From Chara braunii (Eukaryota > Plantae > Charophyceae): 64,000 nucleotides of DNA. The notes below the pieces were generated by a model. The model ran no database searches. It was not told the DNA's origin and saw nothing but the letters and a program-made list of their open reading frames with translations. This document shows, one piece after another, positions 36,601 through 48,858 of the stretch. The translations under genes and the position numbers were made by a program. Each line of letters starts with the position of its first letter. Positions within the stretch are counted from its first letter, which is position 1. The DNA lies in the NCBI GenBank assembly GCA_003427395.1, contig BFEA01000037.1, positions 1,653,821 through 1,717,820 on the forward strand, given 5' to 3'.

Positions 36601-36977
36601 TACCGTTGACCTCTTATATTTCATAGCTCATGTGGTACCGTATGTATCCTGATCATTGAGATCATATCAACATCTAACCTTCCTCGTTCGTTATGGTCAA
36701 AGACATATGCCAGATGTATGTCCTTTAAAGTACTAATGAGGAAGTCAGTTTCTGCGTTAGTAAGAAATCCATCGTCTCCAATGATCATTTCTTTGATCCT
36801 ATCTGTCAATCGACACGGTCGTTCCTTCGCCTTCATCTTCATTATCCTGATCCACTCTTTCTCCTCTTTGTAATAAATCTCTTGGTCATGAGTGATCAAG
36901 ACGGGCACAGGTTGCGCTTTCTTGCCTATTTTCTTATGTTTGCGCTTCGACCCAGTGACAAGTTTCCGTCCACTAAA
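33635..36977 (-). pseudogene. pol: pol of element C (RT, RNase H, integrase), heavily disrupted
   Basis: ORF fragments 36621-36908, 36046-36540, 34573-35268, 34306-34506 and 33635-34120 are collinear homologues of A's pol. Confidence 0.9.
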
Positions 36978-39854
36978 AATGACCCTGCTTTGATGCGGGC
37001 GTAACCAATGTGCTTACCTCATGCGGCTCGTCCAATCGATAAGTCAAAGTCATATTACCTGCGCCTCCCACATCAGATATCACATCGGTTAATGCCTGTA
37101 CCAACCCAGGGTCAACTGAAGATTTCGTCGAAAGAAAATATATTGTCTGAGATATATTTGGCAGTGCAATAGAAAATTCTTTTGGTTCATCATAACCGTC
37201 AAAAGACTCTTTCTCTCTCCCAAGTCTTTCAAATTCCGGGAAAGAGTAGGATCCGGGGTTAAGCCGGTTCCTTGAGTTTTCAGGCCCCGTGTTTTCGCAT
37301 TTCCTCACTTCATAATATCCACATACAGAACACACAAGGCGATAAACATTGAGCCATCATATTTATTAATGATCAAGATCTCTGTTCGGCACAAAAGTGA
37401 TCTTCCCAGCAATACCTCATGCTCAACTCTGGCCAAAACATAAAAGTAGCTACGAGTTTTAACCTTCCCCACCGTGACCATGACATCACTGGCTGTGTCA
37501 CAGAAAGGGGTTGATCCACTCGCACCCACTTGGAATCAAGTAGCAGATTGATTGATCCGGATTCCAGCCTCAATAGCTTCTCTCTCTCTCATGATATTCA
37601 TTTCAGCATCATCATCAATCAAAGCAGAGTACTCACCTTGTCCAACCTGTACCTTCAAGAGACCAGTGGCAACACATCGCCAGTCCATTTTGGTTCCTGC
37701 AGGTGCCCAATTGGCTTCCGGAGGGAGGATATCACCAAACTCGACAGTCATGACCTTCCTCCGCGTTAATCGCTGCTTGAACTCGTCGCGGATTTTTTGT
37801 GATGCTGCCAAAAATTCCTTCAGCGTGACTAAGTCACGCCGACTTTCCAAAATATAGTCAACGATCTTTTCAATGTTAATTCTTTTTTCAATAAGAATTG
37901 TGTAAATATTCTTCTTACAGCGAGGTTCCTTCTCCTCGACCACCTCCTTTCCCTTCTTCTGTGTCCCGTTCTGAAACTCGCTGTCTTGCCTGCCGCTCAT
38001 CTTCGGCACGCAGCCTCTCGCCTTCTTTTTTTGAATCACTTTGCTCATCATCTGGAATAAGGACTTCTTCCACCGGTTCCTTCGTTCCTCCTTCTGCTGC
38101 TGTTTTTTTGTGCAAGGTCTTTCTGGTCTTACGTACCTGTGGTAATGTCGTTGGAGCCGGTCGCTTAAGTACTGGCCGAGACATCAGAGTAGCAGCCATG
38201 GGTCTTGGACCAGATGAAGATTCAAGGGCAGATGGAGAAGTATTATCTGGTCTATCCCACCCCCCGAATACGTATACATTAGGTAGACCAGGCCATTCCT
38301 CATCCATGTCGAGACACAGCTAAACAACCACATCTCGACATTTTCTGATTTTCTTAGTTACTTTTTGCGCTCGTTGAATGAGTACTTCTCCTTGTTCCGT
38401 TAGTTCGCCCAGTTCCACCTCTGAATCATCCATCTGCAGAGATCGAAATGCTTCTTCTATTCGGAAGAATTCTTCATCTTCCAGCAATGCTACTCTGAAG
38501 GTGGTCGGCAAACTCTTCCCTATTCGCCGGAAGACTTCCTTCCTTATGCCCCCTTTGATGTCCGGATCGATAAGAGTTCCCTCAAAATCAAAGACTTCCC
38601 CGCGAATGGTAGTATATACGATTTTGTTTGCCTCGTCTTTGACGAGGATTTGACAAAATCGCATAATGTGCCCCTTTTGGACGCAATACTTACATGTAAG
38701 ATCCTTAGCCTAGTTATCGCGTCCTCCGAAATCCCTTCGTCTTCGCCCACGACCTCCTCTAGTTTGTTGCTGGCTAGGTCCGGGTTGAGATTGCTCAGGC
38801 TGTGCTTGGATGTTTATAATGTGCCCCTTTTGGACGCAATACTTATATGTAAGATCTTTAGCCCAGTTACCGCGTCCTTCGAAATTCCCTCGTCCTCGCC
38901 CACGACCTCCTTCAGTTTGTTGCTGGCTAGGTCCGAGTTGAGATTGCTCAGGCTGTGCTTGGATGTTTCCGCCGTTCCCTCCGTTCCCACCATTCTTTCC
39001 TTGTTTCTTTGAGATCCCCCGTCCTCCTCGAATTTAATTCAAAGCCTTTCTTTCGGTTTTTGGCAGCTTCCTAGGGGGTTCTTCCTTCTCGCTTTCGCTT
39101 TCACTGTTGCTCGCAATAGCAATTTCCTTCTCTTTTCTCTTACCCCCCTTTGCCTTAATCATCATAATCTCCAACTTCAGACGCTTTGCACGCATGTCCG
39201 CTATCATTTCCTTAATATCCGACAAGGTCTTAAATACTTCACGATCCTTGTTTTTTCCGATATCTTCTTTTTCACGATCTTCTTTTCGCAGTTTCAGCAA
39301 CCGGTAAAGCATTTGATCGAAACTCCCTGCCAAGAGGTCGACTTTTATCTTTGGCCAATCATATCGCTCCTCCATATCTTTCATCAGCTCCCTCTGCTCA
39401 ACCTCTCAAAAGTTGTCCAGAAAGATAAGACATTTGTCCTTATCAGGCATATCAGGTATCAGCCGAGCAACTCGTTCAAATTTTGTCAAAAATTGTTTGG
39501 CTGACCCGAACTTCAGTCGGACGACTTTCCGGATATTAAATCTAGCAGTTGATCCTCCAAATGGTATTTATCCAACAATTTTTCCTTGAACTCAACCCAG
39601 TATTTCAATCCACTCACCAGGGTCATCAACTCCTCCTTATATTCTACCTTTGCAGTATCTTTTTACTTTCTGCAATATTTCCGCATCAGTCTATTCCCGA
39701 GAACTCACTAATTGTTCAAATTTATCGGTCCAACCTGACGCGTTGTTGTCATCGAACAAAGACACTTCCACCTTTGGAAGCTGATCCCTTTGAGTGGTTG
39801 ATTATTGGATTGCTTTGGCCAATTCCCTGATATCATTCCTCCTCTCATCGCCAT
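36973..39854 (-). pseudogene. gag-protease of element C, disrupted
   Basis: CKYCVQKGHIMRFC knuckle, GTKMDWRCVATG, ALIDDDAEMNIM and VLLGR, homologous to A. Confidence 0.85.
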
Positions 39855-40054
39855 TTCCGCCAACCATCTTGAGTAGCACATAAACAATAACATCACACAT
39901 ATATATTTCAATCAACTGTTCCTTGTTTTTCCAACTCTGTACAGTTTTTCTAGCTTTTCATCTGAAAACAAAACAGAAACAAGCTTAGATTATAATTTCT
40001 TAATATTTTATTACCCGAGTGTTGTTCCACCAGGGACAACGGTAGTTTGTCTTT

Positions 40055-40073
40055 ATCCCTGACAACGGCTCCA
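40055..40073 (-). promoter_or_regulatory. PBS of element C, tRNA-Asp type
   Basis: TGGAGCCGTTGTCAGGGAT, 2 nt after the LTR end GCGCTCGACA (40076). Confidence 0.8.
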
Positions 40074-40075
40074 CC

Positions 40076-40541
40076 TGTCGAGCGCATCGGCCCTCGCCTT
40101 TTCTGTCGAAAAGGCGGAAGCCCTCCCGACCATGTCACACAAGGTTAAAACGAAACAAATTAGAGACAACTCAGGGACAACACATAATTAACACCGTGAG
40201 CCGCCGAGATGGCCGTGGTCGCGTCGTTCCTTCGCCGCTCTAGCCGAGTGCGCCAGCTGTACATCCCGTGGTTCCCTACGACAGGATAGGTTCCCGTGGG
40301 GCATAAACTTTCTTCCCCAAGGGGTTGTCACCACCCTTAGGGGTATATCCCCACCGAGCTACTGACCCACGTGCGAAAGTTTTTATGTGCAATCGCAGGA
40401 TGAGTCAACCGAGGACGCTTGCTCGCTGTAGTATAGGTATAAGCGAAAAACGCCTATTGAACCCGAACGTCGTTTGTTACTTAGGGCGCCAATCTCCTAA
40501 GGATGAAGCGTACGCTGGTCGACTAGGGCGATCTCAACCAA

Positions 40542-40577
<36 letters not shown>

Positions 40578-40850
40578 CTTATCAAGGTGAACTCATGCAA
40601 GTCCTTATTATATATATATATAAAGTCATCCTTTCAGTCAATCATTTTACCAATCATTGTTGTGAGATCATACCACAATGTTTAATATAATTGATCTAGT
40701 CTGATGAAATAATCATGCTAGTATGATTTCCTCCTCTTTATTGATATGGTTCTATAATATATTGAGTTTCCCATTAAGATATAGAGAAAGAACTCTTTCA
40801 ATCTTTAGATTAAAGCCCACAGTCAGACCCTTTTTAAGTCTGATTTCAGT
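40076..40850 (-). repeat. 3' part (U5) of the 5' LTR of element C
   Basis: 40076-40535 is homologous to the last ~430 nt of LTRs A and B, followed by a (TA)n run as in B. Upper boundary approximate. Confidence 0.75.
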
Positions 40851-40855
40851 ATCAA

Positions 40856-43800
40856 TGCGGTCTTGGCGTCGTGGTGCTCGACCAAGAGCTGAGTACGAAG
40901 GCCTCGTGCGTCAGGGATGAAAAGTCGGCGAGTGCCTTTGGTATCGATGTAGAGGAGATTGTTGTGGAGGGAGTAGTCGGGAACTGGGTCAAGATCGCGG
41001 AGCTTGTTGTAAATGGTGGCGAAGTCTGAGCAGGAGAGATAGCCTTGGGTGTATCGATGATGGAGTGATGGGAGGAGTTGGATATGAGTCATTGTGGCGT
41101 AGACTTTCTCGAGGGGCTTGTGGTCGGGTCGTCGAGAGAGGGCATCCGCAACGCGGTTGCTTTTGCCGGGGGTATGGCAAATGGTGAATGTGAACTGGGC
41201 AAGGAAGTCTCGCCAGCGGGCTTGGCGTGGAGTGATATCTTTCTTGGAGAGGATGGAGGAGACGATGGTGTTGTCGGTGCGGATGGTGAAGTATTGCCCG
41301 TCGAGGTACGGGCGCCAGACTGTGAGGGCGTGAATCACGGCGAGGAGTTCCTTCTCGTTGGAGGGGTAATTCATCTCCGCGGGAAGGAGCTTCTTGCTTG
41401 CGAAGGCGATGGGGTATTTGTCGGGTGGAGCCTCGAGGTGAGTGGGCGAGTCCTTGATGGAGGGGGTCTCGGCGGTGTCGCGGGGGAAATGTTGGGACAG
41501 TACGGCAGTGGTGACATAGAAATGGTGAGTGGGGGTGACAATCTTGAGGACAGGGGCCGTGGCGATGGTTTGCTTGAGTAAGTCGAAAGCGTGTTGGCGG
41601 CGATCGTTCCAATGGAAGGGCTCGTCCTTGTGGGTGAGTTCGTGGAGAGGTTAAGAGATCTCGAAAAAGTTGCGAACGAATGGGTGGTAATAGTTGGCAA
41701 GCCCGAGGAAGGAACGAAGTTGGAGGAGGGTCTTGGGTGGGGGGTACTCGACGAGGGTTGTGACCTTCGAGGGGTCCATACGGATGCCTTCAGCGGAGAC
41801 AATATGGCCGAGGTATTCGATGCTCGAAGCGGCAAATGTACATTTGCTGAGCTTGGCGTATAATTTTTGCTCTCGGAGGATCGAGAGGACTTGGCGGAGG
41901 TGATGAAGGTGGGACTCGAAGGTGGGGCTGAAGGCAAGGATGTCATCAAGGTAGACGACGACACAGACTTCGAGGAGGTTGCAAAAGATGTGGTTCATGG
42001 TAGATTGGAAGGTAGCGGGGGCATTGGTGAGTCCGAATGGCATCACGAGGAACTCGTAGTGCCCGAACCGAGAGCGGAAGGCGGTCTTGTAGGTGTCCTC
42101 CTCGCGGATACGGATCTGGTGGAAGCCACTGCGGAGGTCGATCTTGGTAAAGTACTTGGCTCCATGGAGACGATCAAGGAGCTCGGAAATCCGAGGTAGG
42201 GGGTACTTGTTCTTGATCGTGATCTGGTTCAAGGTGCGGTAGTCTGTGCACATGCGAAGTTCCCAAGTTCCACCTTTCTTGACGAAAAAGCAGCTGGTTC
42301 CGAAGGGGGATGAACTTGGCTTAATGAACCCTTTTTCAAGGAGTTCACCAAGTTGCCACTTCATTTCTTCGGCTTCGGGGACAGAGAGTTGGTATGGAGG
42401 GCGGCAAGGTGGAGAATGTTCAAGTTCCAAATCGATGGTATGAGATACGCCACGATCCGGAGGTAGTCCGGCGGGTAAGGACTCAGGAAAGACGTCCCTG
42501 AACTCGTCGAGGATTGAGGTGATGGCGGGGTTGGAGGGGGGGGCTTGATCGGGTTTGTCCATCGGGAGTAAGTCCTCGGGACGTTCGCGATCAAGGACAA
42601 GACAGTAGTAGGCGGAGTCGAGGTTTAGGCGAGCCATGTGGAGGAATTGGTGCGGGGTGACAAAGCCTTGGGAGGTTGGATATGGGAGATAGGGGATGTC
42701 GATGGTTGTGTCGGGGGGGGTTGGTGAGGCAAAGGAAGTTGTGGTGGAATGCGTATTGCATGTAGCGGTCCAGCCACCGGGTTCCTAAGACGATGTCGCA
42801 CATCAAGTGCATGACATCAAACGAGACCTGACTGCGGAGGGTTCCGACGGTTATGGTGGTCTCGGCAACTGTGCGGTCTACTACGACGGCGGTGTCTTTG
42901 TCCCCTAGGCGAATCGTGATCGGGGAGTCATAACCGGTAGAGGTAAGACTGGCTTTGCCGACACACGCGTCGGTGATGAAGTTACCGGTGGCTCCAATGT
43001 CGAGGAGGGCCCGAAACTTAGTTGTAGACGCACCAAGGGTGGCAGCGATGAATTTGAGGTGGAAACGAGATGAGTTGGCGGTGGAGATGATGGTGTTGAG
43101 GCGGTGTTGTTCGCTGCCTAAGCGGACAAGCCGATCGTGTCAGGCTTGTTCCTCAACAACATCGAAGAAGGTGATAGTGGATGGGTTTGGAAGAAGGGTA
43201 GAGGAGCATGAGGCAGTGGGAGGTGTTTGCGACGCCTGGGAGTCGTCTGGTGGAGGAGGCATCACCGGACAGGGGGGAGGCAGACGAATTGTTGATGCCA
43301 GACCAATGTCCTGGGGACTGTGTTCATGATGAGGGGGGACCCGCGCTTGCCGAGGGCGGTGATGCGGAGGTTGCGGGTCAAGTGGAGGCAGACTGGCGGG
43401 TGAATCGTGCAGCGTTGGGGCAGTTGGTTTGTTGGTGCCCCAATTGGCGACAATGGAAGCAACCCCCTTTTGCTTGGAGGTAGGTGCGCTCCTCGGCTGT
43501 GAGTTTCTTGAGGCGGGAGGGTGGGGTAGATGAGGGTGGTCGTGAGCTGCGATCTCTACGCTCCATTCTCATGAATTGGACGACATCGAGTTCCTCGGAA
43601 GTGAGGGATGAAGAGTCGAGTGAATCGGAAGATGTGTCGGGGTCAGGTGTGGTGAACTTGTCCGAGGAAGTGATGGAGGTGGTGTCTTCGGGGGTGATGT
43701 GGTGGAAAAAGCGGGTGTGGGAGGTGCCGGGCGGGGGCTGGTGGTGGGGGTGGAGTCAATCATGGTGAAGCATCCAAGAGAGGAGGTCAGCAAGGGGCAT

Positions 43801-44940
43801 GTCGGGTTCGTGGGCGAGGGTAGTTGCAAGGTCTTTGTAGCATACTCGTTTGATGCGGGAGATGAACGCAAAGTCGGGAATGACGGTGTGGGGGAGGTGG
43901 TGGTGGAGGGAGCAGACGCATTGGGCGAAGCGGTCCGTGGGACCGGTCTGGCGGAGGTGGCAGAATTGTTCAAGGTAGTCGTCAATGGTTTTCTGGGGGC
44001 GGAAGGTGGCAGTGAGAAGGTTGGCCCATTGGAGGGGTGACGTAGTCCTCCGGAGGCTCGGCGGTTGCTAACTTCATCCATCCACCATTTGGCTGCATCG
44101 CCGAGGAGGCGGGAGGTGGCAATGGGGAGCCAGTGGGCAAGGGGCATGTGGTGGAGGTGAAAAGAGTTCTGAAGTTGGGTTAGGAAGAGGAAAACGTCCT
44201 CGTGGGGGAGGCCGGAGAAGGACATGATTTCACCAGATCGGAAGGAACGGGGGATTTCCCCGTCGCAGTGAACGATCTGCGCGAGGGTGCTGAAGTTGAG
44301 GTTATCGGGGGTGGTGTTGTAGCAGGTGTGGTCGATTTGGTTGCTGTCCTCAAGGAGGTAGTTGGGAGGGAGTTGTGGCATTGCGGGGTAAGCCCCGGAG
44401 GTGACTTGGGAATAGGTGGGACGGATGGTGGGGACGGTGGAGGTGGTCATGATGGGTTGGGAGAGGGTTTGGGAGTGAGGGGGGGGAAGAGGGTTGATGT
44501 GGATGGGCGAGGAATGAGGCGGAGTGCTGGATGCGCCGGATGAGGGAGGAGGTGGAGGGAACGGAACGATCGTGGAGGTTGAAGGGTTGGTGGATGTGGT
44601 GGTAGAGGTGGTAGGAGTGGAGGAGATCGATGGGGGGTTGTTGCTGGAGGCGGTTGTGGAGGAGGGAGTGGTTTGCGCTGTGGAGGATGGAGTGGTTTGC
44701 GTTGTGGAGGATGGAGTGGTTTGCTCTGTGGAGGAGGGAGTGGTTTGCGCGGTGGTGACGACCGTGATGGAGGGGATGGTCCCTTCGATCATGGTGACGG
44801 GGTCGCATATGGACGACATGTTGGCCTTTATGTCGTCGAGAGAAGCGGTGACGGAGGTTCGGAGGGTGTTGAGTGCATGGAGGATGGCGGAGAGGTCGGG
44901 GATGACCATCTGCGGTCCCGTGAGCGCAGGGTCCAAGTCG
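40856..44940 (-). mobile_element. Element D: conventional Ty3/Gypsy gag-pol remnant, integrase truncated
   Basis: Capsid FSGLPHEDVFLFL, knuckle CFHCRQLGHQQTNC, protease ALLDIGATGNFI, RT DYRTLNQITIKNKYPLPRI...YLDD, RNase H EKELLAVIHAL...RTDN; stops at HHDAKTA. Confidence 0.92.
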
Positions 44941-47763
44941 TTCCACTGGGGTCAGTGATCCATGGATTGCAGAAGAGCGGTTGTCTCAGGACTTCTTCTC
45001 TGTTACCTGGTGCCCCGTGTTTACTCGGCGTCATTTTGCGCCAGGCTTTGATGGTGGGACTCCAATATGTGCTGACTGTTTGAGTGGGGTTTGTGTTGAG
45101 CTGTGCAGTATTGTGCTGTGCGGGGTTTCTCCTGCGTGGTCTGCCGGACTTGATTGTCCAGTCCTTTGCCATGAGCCAAAACAGGCCGTTCATGTTTGGA
45201 GGGGAGTTGATGGGAGCTAAGTTTCTGATGCTGTTTAGCGCCATTTGGGTCCATGAGAGGAACTGTCTGGTGAGAATCTTGATTATCCATTTCATCTGCA
45301 GTGCTATGGATTCCTGTTTTGGGTCGATTATCCCGAGGCCCCCTTCCTGGTGCTTCCTGGTGATGTGGTTCCATGCGACCCTGTTCATGCAAGTGTTCAT
45401 GTTGGGGTCACCTGTCCACAGGTAGCATCTCACCCTGTTTTTAAGCTCCTTGAGGTCGTCGTCGGGGGGGGGACCAGATGGATGCCATATACCACAGTGT
45501 GGAGAAGATTGTTGTATTGACAAGTAGTGCACGTCCGATTAGTGAGGCCTGGGCGTTTTTGCACAGGGCCAGGCGAGTGATTGCTCTAGCTATTAGGTTC
45601 TGGCCCATTCCTGGCCACACCCCTTCCTTATTGATCATAATACCCAGGAACCGTAATGCTTGCTCACTCGTGGTCCAAGTCATGGGTGTGGTTGTGTCCG
45701 GTGGTTGGGGAGGGGTGTCGTCTGCTAACCACCATCCTTCGATTTTGTTCCAATTGACCCTCATTTCTGATGCCAGTCTGAAGGCTTCCATTGCCCTTAC
45801 CAGTGCTTGGAAAGAGCTGTTGTTTGCTCTAACGAGTACCGTAAGGTCGTCCGCGAACATGAGTGCAGTGGGTAGGGCGAAGTCGTGTAACGGATTGAAA
45901 TTCCGTTCTGTGAGGCGGTCAATGAATGGGTCTTTGCGGAGAAAGAAAGCTATGGCTTCCATTATGAAGAGGAATATGGAAGGAGCCAGTGGGTCGCCTT
46001 GTCTGACTGAACGTGAAATTGGATAGGTTTCCGATAGGATTCTATTGATTTGGACTCTTCCTGTTGCGTCTGTGTACATAACTCTCACCCAACTTCTGAA
46101 GTTCGGACCTACCCCCATTTTCTCCATGCATGCATGGAGAAAATCCCAGTTAACTTGGTCGTAGGCTTTCTCGAAATCGAAGAACATGATTGCAGCCTTT
46201 ATTCGTTTTTCTGTGATCTTTCTTGTCGCCTCATTCAGAGTCATCACATTGTCCAATATGTATCGACCTGGGATGAAGCCCGCTTGGTCGATGTGAAAAC
46301 AACTGTTCGTTAGTTTTGTGATTCTGTTTGCAAGAGCCGTGGCGAGGATTTTGTACGGCGTGGCTAGTAGGGAAATAGGTCTGTAGTTTTTCAGGTCTTT
46401 TTTGTCTCCCTTCTTGTACAGCAGTGAGACCACGTTGGTGCTCAGTTCCTTTCCTGGGCCTCCTTTGCGCATGCTTTCGTTGAAGAAGTCGAGTAGGTCC
46501 TCTCCCAGGGTCGGCCGGAAGCAGCTCCAAAATTCCTTGGAGAGGCCATCGATGCCCGGGGCTTTGTCATTATCCATCTGGTTCAGGGCTATGCGTCGTT
46601 CGGCCAGGGTCAGTGCTTTATCCAGGCCTTCCGCCTGACTGGTCGAGATGGTTCTGTCGAGGTATGAGAGCATCAGTTGGCGGGCTGCTCGGTTCGCTGT
46701 TGTCGGGGGTGAGGGAGTCTTGGATTCGTATAGATTTGCGTAGAAGGATCTGGCTATCCCTACCATCTCAGGGCCTGTTGTTTTTGTGCTCCCTGCAACT
46801 GATGGGTCTTTGAGGACCTCTATCATATTGTTCCTTGCGTTCGACTTGATTTTGGAAAAAAAGAATTTTGTTATAGACTCGTTAACTGCATAGTCTGTCA
46901 TCCTTGCTCGTATTTGTAGACCTCTGAGTTCCCATCTTCCCCATTTGTTTAGTTCTTCTTTAGTGTCGTCTAGTAGTTCTTGGTAGAATCCACTGGTTGG
47001 ATCCACCGCTAGATTTGTTTCTGCAATAGCCATAGTGAACTGGAGTTCTTCCCTTCTTCTTTTGCGGTCTCTTGCAATATCTCTTGATTTCGCTGAGACT
47101 ATCCGTGTTAATTTTGTGTAGCTGTCAATGAACCATTGGTGGCTGTTTGTCTTCTTTGATTCACGCTGCTTATTGAGGGCCCAGTTTTCTTGGACTGTCG
47201 CCGTCATTCTTTCTGTTTTAACAAGGAGTTGTTCAGCTTAAAAAACCCTGGCCTATTTGAATTGGTACATTGAAGTTGAGCAGCATTTTGATAGGTTTGT
47301 GGTCCAGTCCTTCGAAGGTTGCTGATGGGAGGATTTCGGCCTCTTTGACTGTTCTGAGTAGGCTCTCGGATATGAGGAAGTAGTCAATCTTGGACAGTGA
47401 AGTCCGGTTGGCTTGGTTCCTCCTTATTCGGGAGAAAACTTTCTTATCCGGATGCAGTGCCCTGAGGGGGTCGCAGAGTTCGAATTCAGTCATCAAGTTC
47501 CGAATCCGGGTGCCCGCTCTTGTGGGTCTCATTAGTGCTGTTCTTGAGATCCGATCCAGGTTTGGGTCCAGGGTCGTGTTCCAGTCCCCTGCGATGATTA
47601 TTGGTTGTGGGTTGGGGATGAGGGATTTGATGTTTTCAAAGAAAGTCAGTCAGTCGGATTTCGTGTTTGGTGCGTAAAGGTTGAGAATTTGCAGATCCTC
47701 TCCTTGCCATTTGATGTCCAACCACGACCATCTCCCTTCCTCACACGCCAGCCCTTTGCAAGT

Positions 47764-48068
47764 GCGTCGTAGCGTATAAGTTTCTACGGAAACTGATAAG
47801 ATTTCATATGGCTCAACGTAGGGAGAAAGCGAAGCAGGAGGCGGCGTGTGGAGCAGCGTCTTCAAAACAAGAGCGGCGCGAGTGAGAAGCGTGGACCGCG
47901 CGATAGCGACCAGTGAAATATCTGGCGATTCCCTCCGCGGGTTGAAGCTCACACTGCCCATTGGCGGTGCTCGAGTTCTGCGAGTTGGTGCGATCTTCTG
48001 TGACGTTTGCGGTGCGTGTCTGGCCACTGATGAGTCCGACGGGACGAAACACGCGATAAACCCTCGCT
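47764..48068 (+). mobile_element. ~305-bp non-coding hammerhead-bearing insertion in the LINE endonuclease
   Basis: Removing it (with one copy of the flanking GT) restores ...IPKTSKTCKGLACEEGRW... in frame. Confidence 0.8.
48014..48054 (+). ncRNA. Minimal hammerhead ribozyme (type III topology, palindromic stem I)
   Basis: GCGTGTC^TGGCCA CTGATGA GTCC-GACG-GGAC GAAA CACGC: complete core, perfect stems II and III, GUC cleavage triplet. Confidence 0.88.
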
Positions 48069-48799
48069 GTTTTTGACGTTTTTGGGATCAGTATCGTCGT
48101 CCCTCTATTGCTTTGACCGTCTTTGTTGGACCACAGGGCGACTGTGCATCCTCCTACAGATCTCTCCATCCTCTACTGTATCTTCGGGTGACTACTCAAA
48201 TTGGATAGACGAGTCTCTTGGAGGAGTATGAGGTCGGGTTTGGGGATATCCTTCCCCACCAGACCTGTCCGGATATCTCTAAGCTTGTCTTCATCGGTCA
48301 GAATGTTCCCAAGGCCGTTGACGTTCCAACTAATTATCTGGAGCCCTTTAGCGTGCCAGTTTATCCTGGGTGGGCTGACCTGCCCTGTGAAAAGGGTGAT
48401 TTAATTCTGAAGTATTTCAAAAAGATTTTGTGGAACTAACGAATTATTTGGGACGTATTTTCGAAAATAGCACAAACGTAATTTCAAAAAGAAATATTTC
48501 TAAAAAGAAAAAGAAAAAATTCGATCGTGAAATTTCAAAAAAGGGAAGCTTTAAATTGTAAAGAATTTTCAGAGAGGAAGTATTTCAAGAATATTTGAAA
48601 AATTAACTACTTATTTCCAACGTATTTCAAAAAGAAATTTCGAAAAGGGACTAATCGTTTTTAAAGGTAGATTGATACAAAAGTATTTTGAAAGGAGATA
48701 GATTAGCTAGATGATAGGGCTTGGATAACTAACGGGGCGCAGCGGGGGGCGCGAATACGTGCGGAGGGAGGAAAGGGGGACTCGGGTGGGAAGCAGGAT

Positions 48800-48836
48800 T
48801 GTCTCTTATACACATCTAGATGTGTATAAGAGACAG
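48800..48836. other. Nextera mate-pair junction adapter (assembly artefact)
   Basis: TGTCTCTTATACACATCT-AGATGTGTATAAGAGACAG, back-to-back Tn5 mosaic ends. Confidence 0.97.
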
Positions 48837-48858
48837 GTTCTAGCCCGTCCGATACCAG

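Larger units (their letters stand above)
29236..40850 (-). mobile_element. Element C: diverged, AT-richer member of the same family; both LTRs truncated
   Basis: U5 + PBS at 40076/40073, gag-PR and pol homologous to A (SPWFCFIKPN, VVHLDLL, FPIESFL.TW), 3' LTR start at 31912. Outer limits approximate. Confidence 0.85.
44945..48340 (-). mobile_element. L1/Tx1-type LINE ORF2 remnant (APE endonuclease + RT)
   Basis: IISWNVNG, LLQET, NLYAPN, IIAGDWN, KIDYFL, DHKPI; RT KAPGIDG, NYRPISLL, DFEKAYD, RQGDPLAP, FADD. No ORF1 or poly-A seen. Confidence 0.93.

Noticed and set aside
40484-40492. TGGCGCCC PBS-like motif on the minus strand
   Set aside because: Not conserved in A or B; the true LTR end and PBS lie at 40076/40073.
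48800-48836. Natural Tn5/IS50 ends or bacterial horizontal transfer (also 57729-57766)
   Set aside because: It is the synthetic back-to-back mosaic-end adapter of Nextera mate-pair libraries.
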